From the IMG/VR virus record IMGVR_UViG_3300020460_000030, positions 1-35,949 of that record: 35,949 bases of DNA; one strand, written 5' to 3'. Numbering within the stretch: position 1 is the first letter of the stretch; the number at the start of each line of letters is the position of its first letter. A program made the translations under genes and the position numbers. Under the pieces are notes generated by a model. The model made no database searches. It was given only the letters and a program-made list of their open reading frames with translations, and was not told the origin of the DNA. The stretch comes from a virus. Lineage: Duplodnaviria > Caudoviricetes. Below, piece after piece: positions 17,501 to 25,006 of this stretch.

Positions 17501-20500
17501 ACAAGCACTTTGGGGTCTTTTGCTAACTTATTACCTATTTTATATCTTTGACTTGGTTTTGTTTTGCCATATTTTTGCAAACGAGTTTTTATACCGTTAT
17601 ATTCAAATCTTTCTGAATTTTTTGGATAATCTATTTTATCAATTTCTTTTTTTGCAAAATTCCAATTTTGTTTAGCTAATTTACCTTTAGCATCTTCTTC
17701 TTTACCAAAAACACCAAAAACCATACTTGACGAAAGCAAACCATTTGGAAATTCTTTATTAAAAAACTTTACGCTATTAATATATTTATTTAAATTTTCT
17801 TTAAAATTAGTACCATCAAGACTTAAATCAACAAATAAATCAGCAGTGCCCACATCAACTAAAATATCTCGTACCCATGCTTTTTGAGCAAGCGCAAGAG
17901 GAATACCTTGTTGTTGTTGAAACTGTTGTGCTTGATCTGGGTTTGCTACAGCAAATTTATTAACCGCGTCTTTAGTTAAAAGATAAACTAACGCATCATT
18001 TAAAGCCCTATTTCTTCTATCTGATCTTGTATTAGATTTAATATTTGGATCATTAAAATAACCTAATACAGATTCTTTTGTTGCTTTGCCATCTTTCCAA
18101 CTTTGTAATAAATCTTTTGTTTCTTTATTTTGTATTTTATTTATATTTTTCTTATCAACAAAAGCTTCAGCAACAGTTTTCCAGTTTTTAGATATATAAT
18201 CTATTTGATTATCTTTTCCTAAATTTTTAATAGTATTTTTAATATCCTTGCCTATTTCTCTATTAACTATAGCTGCAGCAGCTTTTTCTTTTATAGTTGT
18301 TTTTTGCTTTAAAGAAGCTTTAGGATTCTTTTTAAGTTGATTTTGTATATTTAATACAGCTAATTGTGCAATATCAGCGGTAACTTTATCACTTATACCC
18401 TTAGGTAAATTAATTTTTTCAGATATTGGTTTATCTATTACAGCTTCAGGTGCTGCTTCAGCAGTTACTTGTATACTTTCAGGAGCATCTAATTTTTTAG
18501 CATCAGATGTTTTTTGAGAACCAATTCTTTTTTCTGCAATTCTTTTAGCTCTTTGAGTACCTATTTCTTTTAACCAGCCACCTAAAGATCTACCTTGCTC
18601 AGGATCATAAGCTAATGCAATTTCTCTTAAACTATTGGCGCCGCCTATTTCATCGGGCCTACCAAACGCAATGTCTTGTTCAAACTCGCCTTTAGTATAG
18701 CCTTGCTCTCCCTCAAAATTTTTAGCATATATTTTATTGGCTATTGAAGCGGCTAAAGGTTCGTAGGCTAAAGCAATTCTAGTAGCTAATTCACCGGGCA
18801 TAGTACCTACTTTATATTTATTAGCTTCTTCTTGTAATATATTTCTGTCTAAAGATTTTTGTGCAATACCTTTATCTTCTTTTTCAATAAAAGCTTTTCT
18901 TTCTTGTAGCGTTGTTTTTTTATTAAAATTATTATATTTTTTTATAAATTGTATAAAGTTTGTGCCAGTTAAATTTTTTAAAGGCAAAGCATTTTCTGTA
19001 TTTTTATTAAAAATATTTTTTACAAAATCAGCAAGTTTTTTAAACTTTTGGCCTTGCTCTAAACTAAGATTTTCAATTTGTAATGCTTTAAGCTCGTCTG
19101 CATATGCTGCTAAAAATTCTTCATTTAATTTTTTACCTTTATAACCTCTTTCTCTATATATAGATTCTATTTTTTTTGCCATGTCAAGAGCTTTTTGAGT
19201 TTGTTCATCAAGCCCAGTCATACTTTTAATTTCAATAACCAATGCTGCTAACTCTTTTTCATTAAAAGAATCAAATATTAAATGTAAAGCTTCATGGTGT
19301 ATGGAATTAGCCGCATATAAATCCCCTTTGTCTAAATTTTTTTCTTGATTTTCTTTTGAAATAATTCCAAAGCGACCTTTTTTTACAGCGTTATTTTCTC
19401 CTTTTAATAAATTTTGTACTTCCGGATCATTAAGGCCCTCTTTACCAAATTCATTTTCAATAAATTTTTTAATTTCTTTATTTGTATTGAATACAGTTAT
19501 TGTTTTGCCTTTAAATATACCCGTTTCATCAGAATTAATATAATCAATAAGAGGTTCTCCATGGTTATCTATATCATCTAAAGCTATTTGTTTATATATT
19601 TGTCCTTTAACATTATTTACTTTTTTAGTTTGCTCAACTAATTCGTTTAAAAGGTCAAACCCAACATTTTCTTCTCCACCGTTTTCTTGTATTTTATTTT
19701 CTATTTCTTCAAGATTTTTTTCTTCTTCAGATAAATTTTGAAGTTCTTCAAATACTATTTTTTTTCTATTACCACTTAAATTTCTTAACTTAGTAGAGTT
19801 AATATAAGCTTTAACTACATCAAGTTCTTTATAAAAAGATTCATCTTTTTTATCTAATTCTTCTAAAAGTGAATCTCTTGTTTGCTCATCAATTTCACCT
19901 TGCCCAAATCTTTCGTATATATTATTTTTTTCCTGTTCATATTGTTTTTCAAATTCTTCCGCTAATCCATTTGAAACTGTTTGTGCTGATTCTGGGTCCA
20001 TTGAAGCAATTTGTTCCATTACTTCTCTTTTACCTGTTCTAAATACTTTACCACCAAATGCTATAGGTCCTGGAACAATAAAAGATTGTGCGGCCACTTC
20101 ATAAAATTCTTTTCTATTATCTAAAATAAAATCTGTATAGTCTTTTACTTTTTCAAAAGTACCAGGGTTTACAGCTTCTTCAACTCCTGTTAAACTAACA
20201 AAAGACTGTCCGCCCTCTGTTATTGATTCAACAGCACCAGGCAAAGCTACTGTCCTACCAGCTCCTATCGCTGTACTTTTTAAAGTTTTTAAAATATTGC
20301 CCCTTACCGCATTTCTAACAAAGCTTTTAGGTATTAATTTTGCACCTCCTAATGTAACAAAATTTGAAACTAATTCAAGCCCAGCAGCTTTTCCGCCTAT
20401 TGACATTGCTTTATCTATATCTGCTTCTCCTAAATTAACAATATCTATTATAGCTTGAGCTTGATCTTCATTAGGAAGTTTATAAAAATCTTCCATAGAA

Positions 20501-21369
20501 ATACCTAATTTTCTAGCAGCTTTACGAGAAGCTATATCCATAGCTGCTTGGCCAGACTCTTGCACAAATGTAGATCCGCTACCTGTAAATATTGAAACAA
20601 GCATTTGCGGTAATTGATCACCCAATATTTTAGGCACAGCGTTTTCATCCATTAACTGGCTAAAAGATTTAATTGAATTATCATCATTAAATACCTCAAC
20701 TGCTCCTACTTCAGAAATTTTATCTTGATATTCTTTACTTTTAATAATAGATTCTAAAAGATTATTTTCATTTGAAATTAATTCTTTTTCAATATCTTGT
20801 AGTCTTTGTCCTTTAGTCGTTGTTTTTTCGCCTATTGTTACCCCCGATTTTGGAGATATAGTACCTCCAAAAGATATTAAAGTATCATTTGATAAGCCAT
20901 CGTTTAATAACCTTTCTTTTTCTTCTTGTAATTCTTTTTGTTTTGTAGCAGCGGTTTGATATTTAAAATCAGTAATAGCTTTAGGAAATGTATTAGCAAA
21001 AGTATTAACAAATCTTTCTTTAAAAGAATCTTTATCTACTTCAATATCACCAAAAAAAGTATCATAAAATGTTCTTTTTTCTTTCTTTGGTACTCTTTCA
21101 ATGTCTGACTGCCTAGTTTGAGATCTTACACTAGTTCTTGGTGATTCCAAAGAACCAACTGCCGGCTGTGAAACCAAATCTTCTAGTGTTATTTGCCCCG
21201 CTGCAGGTGCAGTTGTCTCCGCAGGGGGCTTTTGAAAATTTTCAGTACTATTTATTAATTCTTGTTTTTTAAGCAAAGCTCTTCTTTCAAGTTCCTCTTG
21301 TTCTATTCCTTCTTGTTCAAGAGCTCTTATAAAATTCATTAATTCTAATTCTTGTTCAGGTGTTAACAT
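14581..21369 (-). CDS. giant multidomain internal virion/ejection protein (2262 aa) with two HExxH zincin motifs and a sigma-region-2-like segment
   Basis: Follows the tail, GNAT and two ejection-like genes; HHEALH...NEEF near aa 692; AHEKKH...LPWE near aa 2199. Confidence 0.75.
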   Translation of the reverse strand: MLTPEQELELMNFIRALEQEGIEQEELERRALLKKQELINSTENFQKPPAETTAPAAGQITLEDLVSQPAVGSLESPRTSVRSQTRQSDIERVPKKEKRTFYDTFFGDIEVDKDSFKERFVNTFANTFPKAITDFKYQTAATKQKELQEEKERLLNDGLSNDTLISFGGTISPKSGVTIGEKTTTKGQRLQDIEKELISNENNLLESIIKSKEYQDKISEVGAVEVFNDDNSIKSFSQLMDENAVPKILGDQLPQMLVSIFTGSGSTFVQESGQAAMDIASRKAARKLGISMEDFYKLPNEDQAQAIIDIVNLGEADIDKAMSIGGKAAGLELVSNFVTLGGAKLIPKSFVRNAVRGNILKTLKSTAIGAGRTVALPGAVESITEGGQSFVSLTGVEEAVNPGTFEKVKDYTDFILDNRKEFYEVAAQSFIVPGPIAFGGKVFRTGKREVMEQIASMDPESAQTVSNGLAEEFEKQYEQEKNNIYERFGQGEIDEQTRDSLLEELDKKDESFYKELDVVKAYINSTKLRNLSGNRKKIVFEELQNLSEEEKNLEEIENKIQENGGEENVGFDLLNELVEQTKKVNNVKGQIYKQIALDDIDNHGEPLIDYINSDETGIFKGKTITVFNTNKEIKKFIENEFGKEGLNDPEVQNLLKGENNAVKKGRFGIISKENQEKNLDKGDLYAANSIHHEALHLIFDSFNEKELAALVIEIKSMTGLDEQTQKALDMAKKIESIYRERGYKGKKLNEEFLAAYADELKALQIENLSLEQGQKFKKLADFVKNIFNKNTENALPLKNLTGTNFIQFIKKYNNFNKKTTLQERKAFIEKEDKGIAQKSLDRNILQEEANKYKVGTMPGELATRIALAYEPLAASIANKIYAKNFEGEQGYTKGEFEQDIAFGRPDEIGGANSLREIALAYDPEQGRSLGGWLKEIGTQRAKRIAEKRIGSQKTSDAKKLDAPESIQVTAEAAPEAVIDKPISEKINLPKGISDKVTADIAQLAVLNIQNQLKKNPKASLKQKTTIKEKAAAAIVNREIGKDIKNTIKNLGKDNQIDYISKNWKTVAEAFVDKKNINKIQNKETKDLLQSWKDGKATKESVLGYFNDPNIKSNTRSDRRNRALNDALVYLLTKDAVNKFAVANPDQAQQFQQQQGIPLALAQKAWVRDILVDVGTADLFVDLSLDGTNFKENLNKYINSVKFFNKEFPNGLLSSSMVFGVFGKEEDAKGKLAKQNWNFAKKEIDKIDYPKNSERFEYNGIKTRLQKYGKTKPSQRYKIGNKLAKDPKVLVEDFRIYNAKNDEMGTAFWNKAADLFSEGKNMQHRNSFLQLLAGSVQERNHVHSLMAEIVYIEKDLINKLKKDPSIETVWEHAVPNLFAARILAKAIFNNEPNFATEILPDVKKQFKQGLLSKENADLIDNEYGRNEMRQEFNIKEDSYVERVNVIPDVANKVDYFGKDPNPFISNKDKAVAQKSLSTEFNRILEQVKGVPTRQKFSEATANILGKKNNPFKFFVPYSAEDYMGLIYPTLGKGKTGEKNLEWYKKNIITPYARGIRDFEIDKQVSLKSWENLKKQIKNTPAKLSKEGINNFTNENAIRIHLWSKQGVNAKDLGLKQKEIAAVNKYVKSKKELKDFANQIQSLTPDGYPDPTGTDWLAGTITTDLVNYTNTVSRKKYLEQWQNNVDIVYSKENINKLKAIYGDKYTEALEDMLYRMKTGRNRPTGGNRLSNLYLNWVNDSVGTIMFFNSRSALLQTLSALNYINFTDNNPIRIAATAANQKQFWADFSEIFNSDFLKSRRSGLKTDVNADEIARTAETSENKFRAGLSALLKKGFLPTQMADSFAISFGGASFYRNRIKTYLKQGLNEKEAKEKAFLDFKEITEESQQSSRPDRVSLQQASPLGRLILAFANTPMQYTRLTKKAALDLINNRGDWKTNLSKLVYYGAVQNVIFTALQSAMFAMLFSDDDEDEKKKEAIGRIGNGIADTLLRGSGIAGAAVSAAKNIVLEVIDQAKGKKDFEKAAMEITTLSPPIDSKLSKLMSAGRAFKYKQNREKIKELGPTSIDNPAYMAAAQILSATANIPLDRALRKFENLRASVDSDTEMWQSIALALGYSKWDVGLIEKEREAEKLDKELKKANDALFEKLLKPKRKRRKKGEFKLDDLLQKGLPEGVLGRAYKDGTMQIKPGLSKEKRKKVIAHEKKHLQDIKNGILNYNNNFIFYKGKQYKRTPDKKVVYNGKKFPEGHSKLPWEAAANKAERKVS
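21131..21241 (-). other. candidate -1 programmed ribosomal frameshift cassette (slippery heptamer, pseudoknot, 34-codon transframe tail)
   Basis: In-frame A_AAT_TTT (21241-21235); spacer CAAAA; stem 1 GCCCCCTGC/GCAGCGGGGC; stem 2 CAACTGC/GCAGTTG. Confidence 0.6.
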
Positions 21370-21371
21370 AA

Positions 21372-23093
21372 TTATTGATTAAAAACGTTTGGATATCTTT
21401 TTTTAACAGCTTCAAATTCGGTTGCATCAAGTGCTCCATCATTATTAATATCAAACTCTGGATATTCGTTAGCTAATGATATTTTAATATCTCTCCCTCG
21501 GCCCTGAGCCGCTTGTATAGGATCGTTAGTTCCTGGTTTAAATCTTGGAAGCCATTCTGTTGGGGCAAGCCCATGAGCTTGACCAACTTTACGCCATTGC
21601 GTATCTAAATCATCATCAAATCTTATAATTATATCTTCTCTTGGTCTTTGTATATTAGTTAATTTATGATTAGTAATTCTATATCCTATTGGCTGAGTTT
21701 GAATCTCTATAGCTTTTTTAACTAATTTTGCTTTTTCTTCGTCATTTTTTTCTGCAGCAATTCGATCAAGCATTGCTTGTGATACTTGTCCAAAAACAGG
21801 CTGTGGATTGTGAAATCCTTTATTTACCAAACTATTAAATAAATCTTTTTGGTATCCCATTGGATCTCTTGTTTTAAACTGATCTAAACTTTCAGTTGTA
21901 CGTTTGTCACCATCTGTTACAGCTATACCTTGATATGAACCAGACATTACATCAGAACCGTCTTGATTTTTATAAGTCATATTAGGTAAATTATTTTGAA
22001 TAGATTTAACATCTGCTATATTAGCAAATTGATCTTGTGTTTCTAAATAGTATCTACCTCTTGATTGTTTTAGATTTTGTACTTTTTCAGTATTAATACC
22101 ATAAATGCCCCTAGCTCTATTTATCCATTCATCTCGCAATTTTCTATCGAGCATTGTTCTTACACCATCGTCTTTTTCTTCTGCAGATAAATTTGCAGGG
22201 TCAATTTGTGTTTGTGCAAGAGCTAAAGTTTCATCTTTTGTTAAACCAAAATGATCAACTAATAAAGATCTTTTTTTTCTTATAATTTTATCGTCTTCAT
22301 TTCCATTTTGTGATACAATAGTATCTAAATTATCTAATGCAATATCTTTAGCAGATAAATTTACCGAACCGTCATTGCCGATAGCTTTTTCATCAAAACC
22401 TAATACATTACCGCCAGTGCTTGTTTGAACTTTCATAGCACCTTGTATAGAAGCGTCTATATCCTCTTTTTTTAATAATTTATCATTTAATTTAGCAAAT
22501 TCACTAACAGCTACTCTATATTCTTTACCTTCTGGTGTTGTAGAAACAAATTCAAGTTGGCCATCAACAGTTTCAAATTTTCCGTTAGGAGCTCCTCTTT
22601 CAAAATCCATAGCCATCATTAATACATCATTATCTGTAAAATCAGATAATTCTCCATCCGCCATCATTTTATTAGCGTTGTTTACAAATAATTTAGCACC
22701 TTGTTCTACGTTTTTTAAATAACCAACCTGGCTTTTTAATTTAGACATTTCATTTGCATATGTATCATAATCTCCAGTATTTTTAAGTTGGGTAGTTAAA
22801 TACCCACCATAATCAGCTAAAGATCTTCCCGCATTATTTAAAAATGTATCAATGCCCTTTTGACCAGTTTGAGAAGTTATATTTAGATCATTCATGTCAT
22901 CCATTAAAGCATTACTAAGCTTCATTTGATAAACTTGTTGCCTTAATGCAGATTCTCTCCTTTTAAGTGCTTGATCTTCTCTTAATCTTTGTTCAGCAAA
23001 AGCAGAATCTATAGCATCACCAACCATTTTTTGTGATGCTGCACCACCTGGTTGAAATTGAAATGCGTCTTTATATTTACTGTATGTATCCAT
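21372..23093 (-). CDS. putative internal virion/ejection protein with C-terminal EF-hand motif
   Basis: Helical 573-aa protein between the pilot-like and giant genes; DINNDGALDATE loop. Confidence 0.65.
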   Translation of the reverse strand: MDTYSKYKDAFQFQPGGAASQKMVGDAIDSAFAEQRLREDQALKRRESALRQQVYQMKLSNALMDDMNDLNITSQTGQKGIDTFLNNAGRSLADYGGYLTTQLKNTGDYDTYANEMSKLKSQVGYLKNVEQGAKLFVNNANKMMADGELSDFTDNDVLMMAMDFERGAPNGKFETVDGQLEFVSTTPEGKEYRVAVSEFAKLNDKLLKKEDIDASIQGAMKVQTSTGGNVLGFDEKAIGNDGSVNLSAKDIALDNLDTIVSQNGNEDDKIIRKKRSLLVDHFGLTKDETLALAQTQIDPANLSAEEKDDGVRTMLDRKLRDEWINRARGIYGINTEKVQNLKQSRGRYYLETQDQFANIADVKSIQNNLPNMTYKNQDGSDVMSGSYQGIAVTDGDKRTTESLDQFKTRDPMGYQKDLFNSLVNKGFHNPQPVFGQVSQAMLDRIAAEKNDEEKAKLVKKAIEIQTQPIGYRITNHKLTNIQRPREDIIIRFDDDLDTQWRKVGQAHGLAPTEWLPRFKPGTNDPIQAAQGRGRDIKISLANEYPEFDINNDGALDATEFEAVKKRYPNVFNQ

Positions 23094-23094
23094 T

Positions 23095-24324
23095 TTAACC
23101 TGATTTATTTACTGCGTCTGTTATAAATTTACCAACACCTCCTCCAATAGCTTTACCTGCAATTGTTCCTAATCCAGGTGCTGCAAATGATGCTACTGCA
23201 CCAATTCCGCCTATAAGATCTGCTTTAGCTTGTGCTCTTGCTGCGTCGGCAGCTTGCTTTCTAGCTAATGCTCTGTCGTTTTGACCTTCTAAAACGTCTA
23301 ATTCTCTTTCTTGATTTTTTAGTTCAAACTCTCTTTGAGCTTGGTCTATAGCAAATTTTCTATTATTTAAATTTGTAATATATTGATTATTTAAATTTGC
23401 AGAATATTTTGCTTGATCAGATAATAAATTTGCACCAGCCATATCAAATCTAGCTCCGAGTTCAGCCATTCTTGTATCTTGCTGAGCATTAAATTGTTCT
23501 AATCTATTTTCAGCTGCAAAAGCATCTCTTGCAAATTGATTTTGTGCTTGAGCATCAAACATAGTCATTCTATTAAATTGGCCAGCATTAAATTGTTGAG
23601 CTCTATTAAAAGCATCTGCGCTAAATCTTCTTGCTTGGTTTTCTTGTCCTACATTAAATTGTTGTTGGCCTAAGTCAAATTTTGATGCTAAATTTTCTTG
23701 TGCTAGTTGAGATCTTTGTAATTCAGATTCACCTTGTGCTCTTAATAATTCATTTCTTTTTACTTGTTGATCAATATCAGCAGCAATATTTGCTTTTGAT
23801 CTTGCTGCTTGCGCTGCAAGTGCTGTAGCTCCTCCGGCCCCAGTTCCTGCTTGTGCTGCAAGATCTTGTGATGCGGCTAAAGCTTGGTCTGCTTCTTGTG
23901 CCGCTATTTCAGCTCCAGCAGTTGAAACTTGAAGATTTCGTAAAGTATTAGTTAACCCAGCATCAGCACCTCTCATAAGCCCGCCAACATTTGTTTGGCC
24001 GGCAGTATAACCTCTTTGCTGTGCCTCTCGCATGCTATCTGCCGTTAATACAGCATCTCGTTGCGTAGCTAATTGCGCTGGATCTTGTTGTAACCCTGCT
24101 AATCTATTTTGTCCTGCTTGTAAAGCCGCTAAAGCTTGAGTATTATCTAATTGTTGTAATTGATCTTGAAATTCAGGAGCCTGCATACCTTCATAAATAT
24201 TATCATATCTAAAAGCATCCATAGCTGCTTGTGTTTTATCAAGAGCCTGATTAGCTGCTCTTTGTTCGCGTCTTCTTGCTCTGCCTCCAAATAGTGAGGC
24301 AACTCCTTTTACTACACTTCCCAT
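23095..24324 (-). CDS. putative DNA ejection/pilot protein
   Basis: A/Q-rich coiled coil with 11-residue repeats; Gly/Ala-rich hydrophobic segments at the termini and middle. Confidence 0.7.
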   Translation of the reverse strand: MGSVVKGVASLFGGRARRREQRAANQALDKTQAAMDAFRYDNIYEGMQAPEFQDQLQQLDNTQALAALQAGQNRLAGLQQDPAQLATQRDAVLTADSMREAQQRGYTAGQTNVGGLMRGADAGLTNTLRNLQVSTAGAEIAAQEADQALAASQDLAAQAGTGAGGATALAAQAARSKANIAADIDQQVKRNELLRAQGESELQRSQLAQENLASKFDLGQQQFNVGQENQARRFSADAFNRAQQFNAGQFNRMTMFDAQAQNQFARDAFAAENRLEQFNAQQDTRMAELGARFDMAGANLLSDQAKYSANLNNQYITNLNNRKFAIDQAQREFELKNQERELDVLEGQNDRALARKQAADAARAQAKADLIGGIGAVASFAAPGLGTIAGKAIGGGVGKFITDAVNKSG

Positions 24325-24761
24325 TAGTATTTCATTATTAATTCGTAAGACGGTGTTTCATCAACATAATAGTCCGCCTTTTTATATTTATCTAATAACA
24401 CACCAGGTTTTGCCCATGCAAAAGAATATTTATATCCTAAATCTTCAGCAAAATCTGTTGTAAAGTCTATTAAGAGTTGCAACGCATCACTTCTGTCAGT
24501 ATCTTTATACGATTTATCGCTAATTACTACAGCTGGAATTGCAGTCTTACTATTTGTCATCCATAGCCACATAGCTGCAATAGGATCATTTTCCTTGCAA
24601 ACCATAAAGCCACCTAGACCTTCTCTTTTCTTTTCTTCATTGCCTATTTGAAAAGCACCTGGAAGAAAATCTCGCGGTATTGGCTCTTGTTTATAAGCTT
24701 CCCACCACGATGGCAAAAAATCCCAATCGGATTCTTGTAATTTTCGTACTTGTAATTTCAT
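24324..24761 (-). CDS. putative GNAT-fold acetyltransferase-like protein of the podovirus tail/core module
   Basis: VRKL.E.D...L..WW; G.MV..PIAA.WL; AEDLGYKY.F; L..KYKK..Y; position after the tail gene. Confidence 0.6.
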   Translation of the reverse strand: MKLQVRKLQESDWDFLPSWWEAYKQEPIPRDFLPGAFQIGNEEKKREGLGGFMVCKENDPIAAMWLWMTNSKTAIPAVVISDKSYKDTDRSDALQLLIDFTTDFAEDLGYKYSFAWAKPGVLLDKYKKADYYVDETPSYELIMKY

Positions 24762-24766
24762 ATAAT

Positions 24767-25006
24767 TTAATTTGATGAATTAACTGCTTCTGAATTTATA
24801 GCAAACAGTTCTTTTTTTGTTTGTGCATTAGTACCTGTAAGTTTTAATCTTACTTTCATAAAAACACCTTTTACTCCAGAAACAAGTTTATCAGCATCGG
24901 CAACAACAGCACCACCGGTTACTTTATATGTAGTTTGCTGTGAAACTATTGGTGTAAAATATTTACCTTCTTTTTTTTGAAACGGAAATGTTATTATTGT
25001 ACTCAT
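24767..25006 (-). CDS. stand-alone C-terminal segment of the tail stabilisation protein
   Basis: F.KKEGKYF...GVKG.F..V.L...KELFAINSE...SS; TAATG-coupled to the upstream tail gene. Confidence 0.6.
   Translation of the reverse strand: MSTIITFPFQKKEGKYFTPIVSQQTTYKVTGGAVVADADKLVSGVKGVFMKVRLKLTGTNAQTKKELFAINSEAVNSSN

Noticed and set aside
14581-21369. crAss-like virion RNA polymerase
   Set aside because: No DFDxD-type catalytic motif or recognisable two-barrel RNAP signature in the translation
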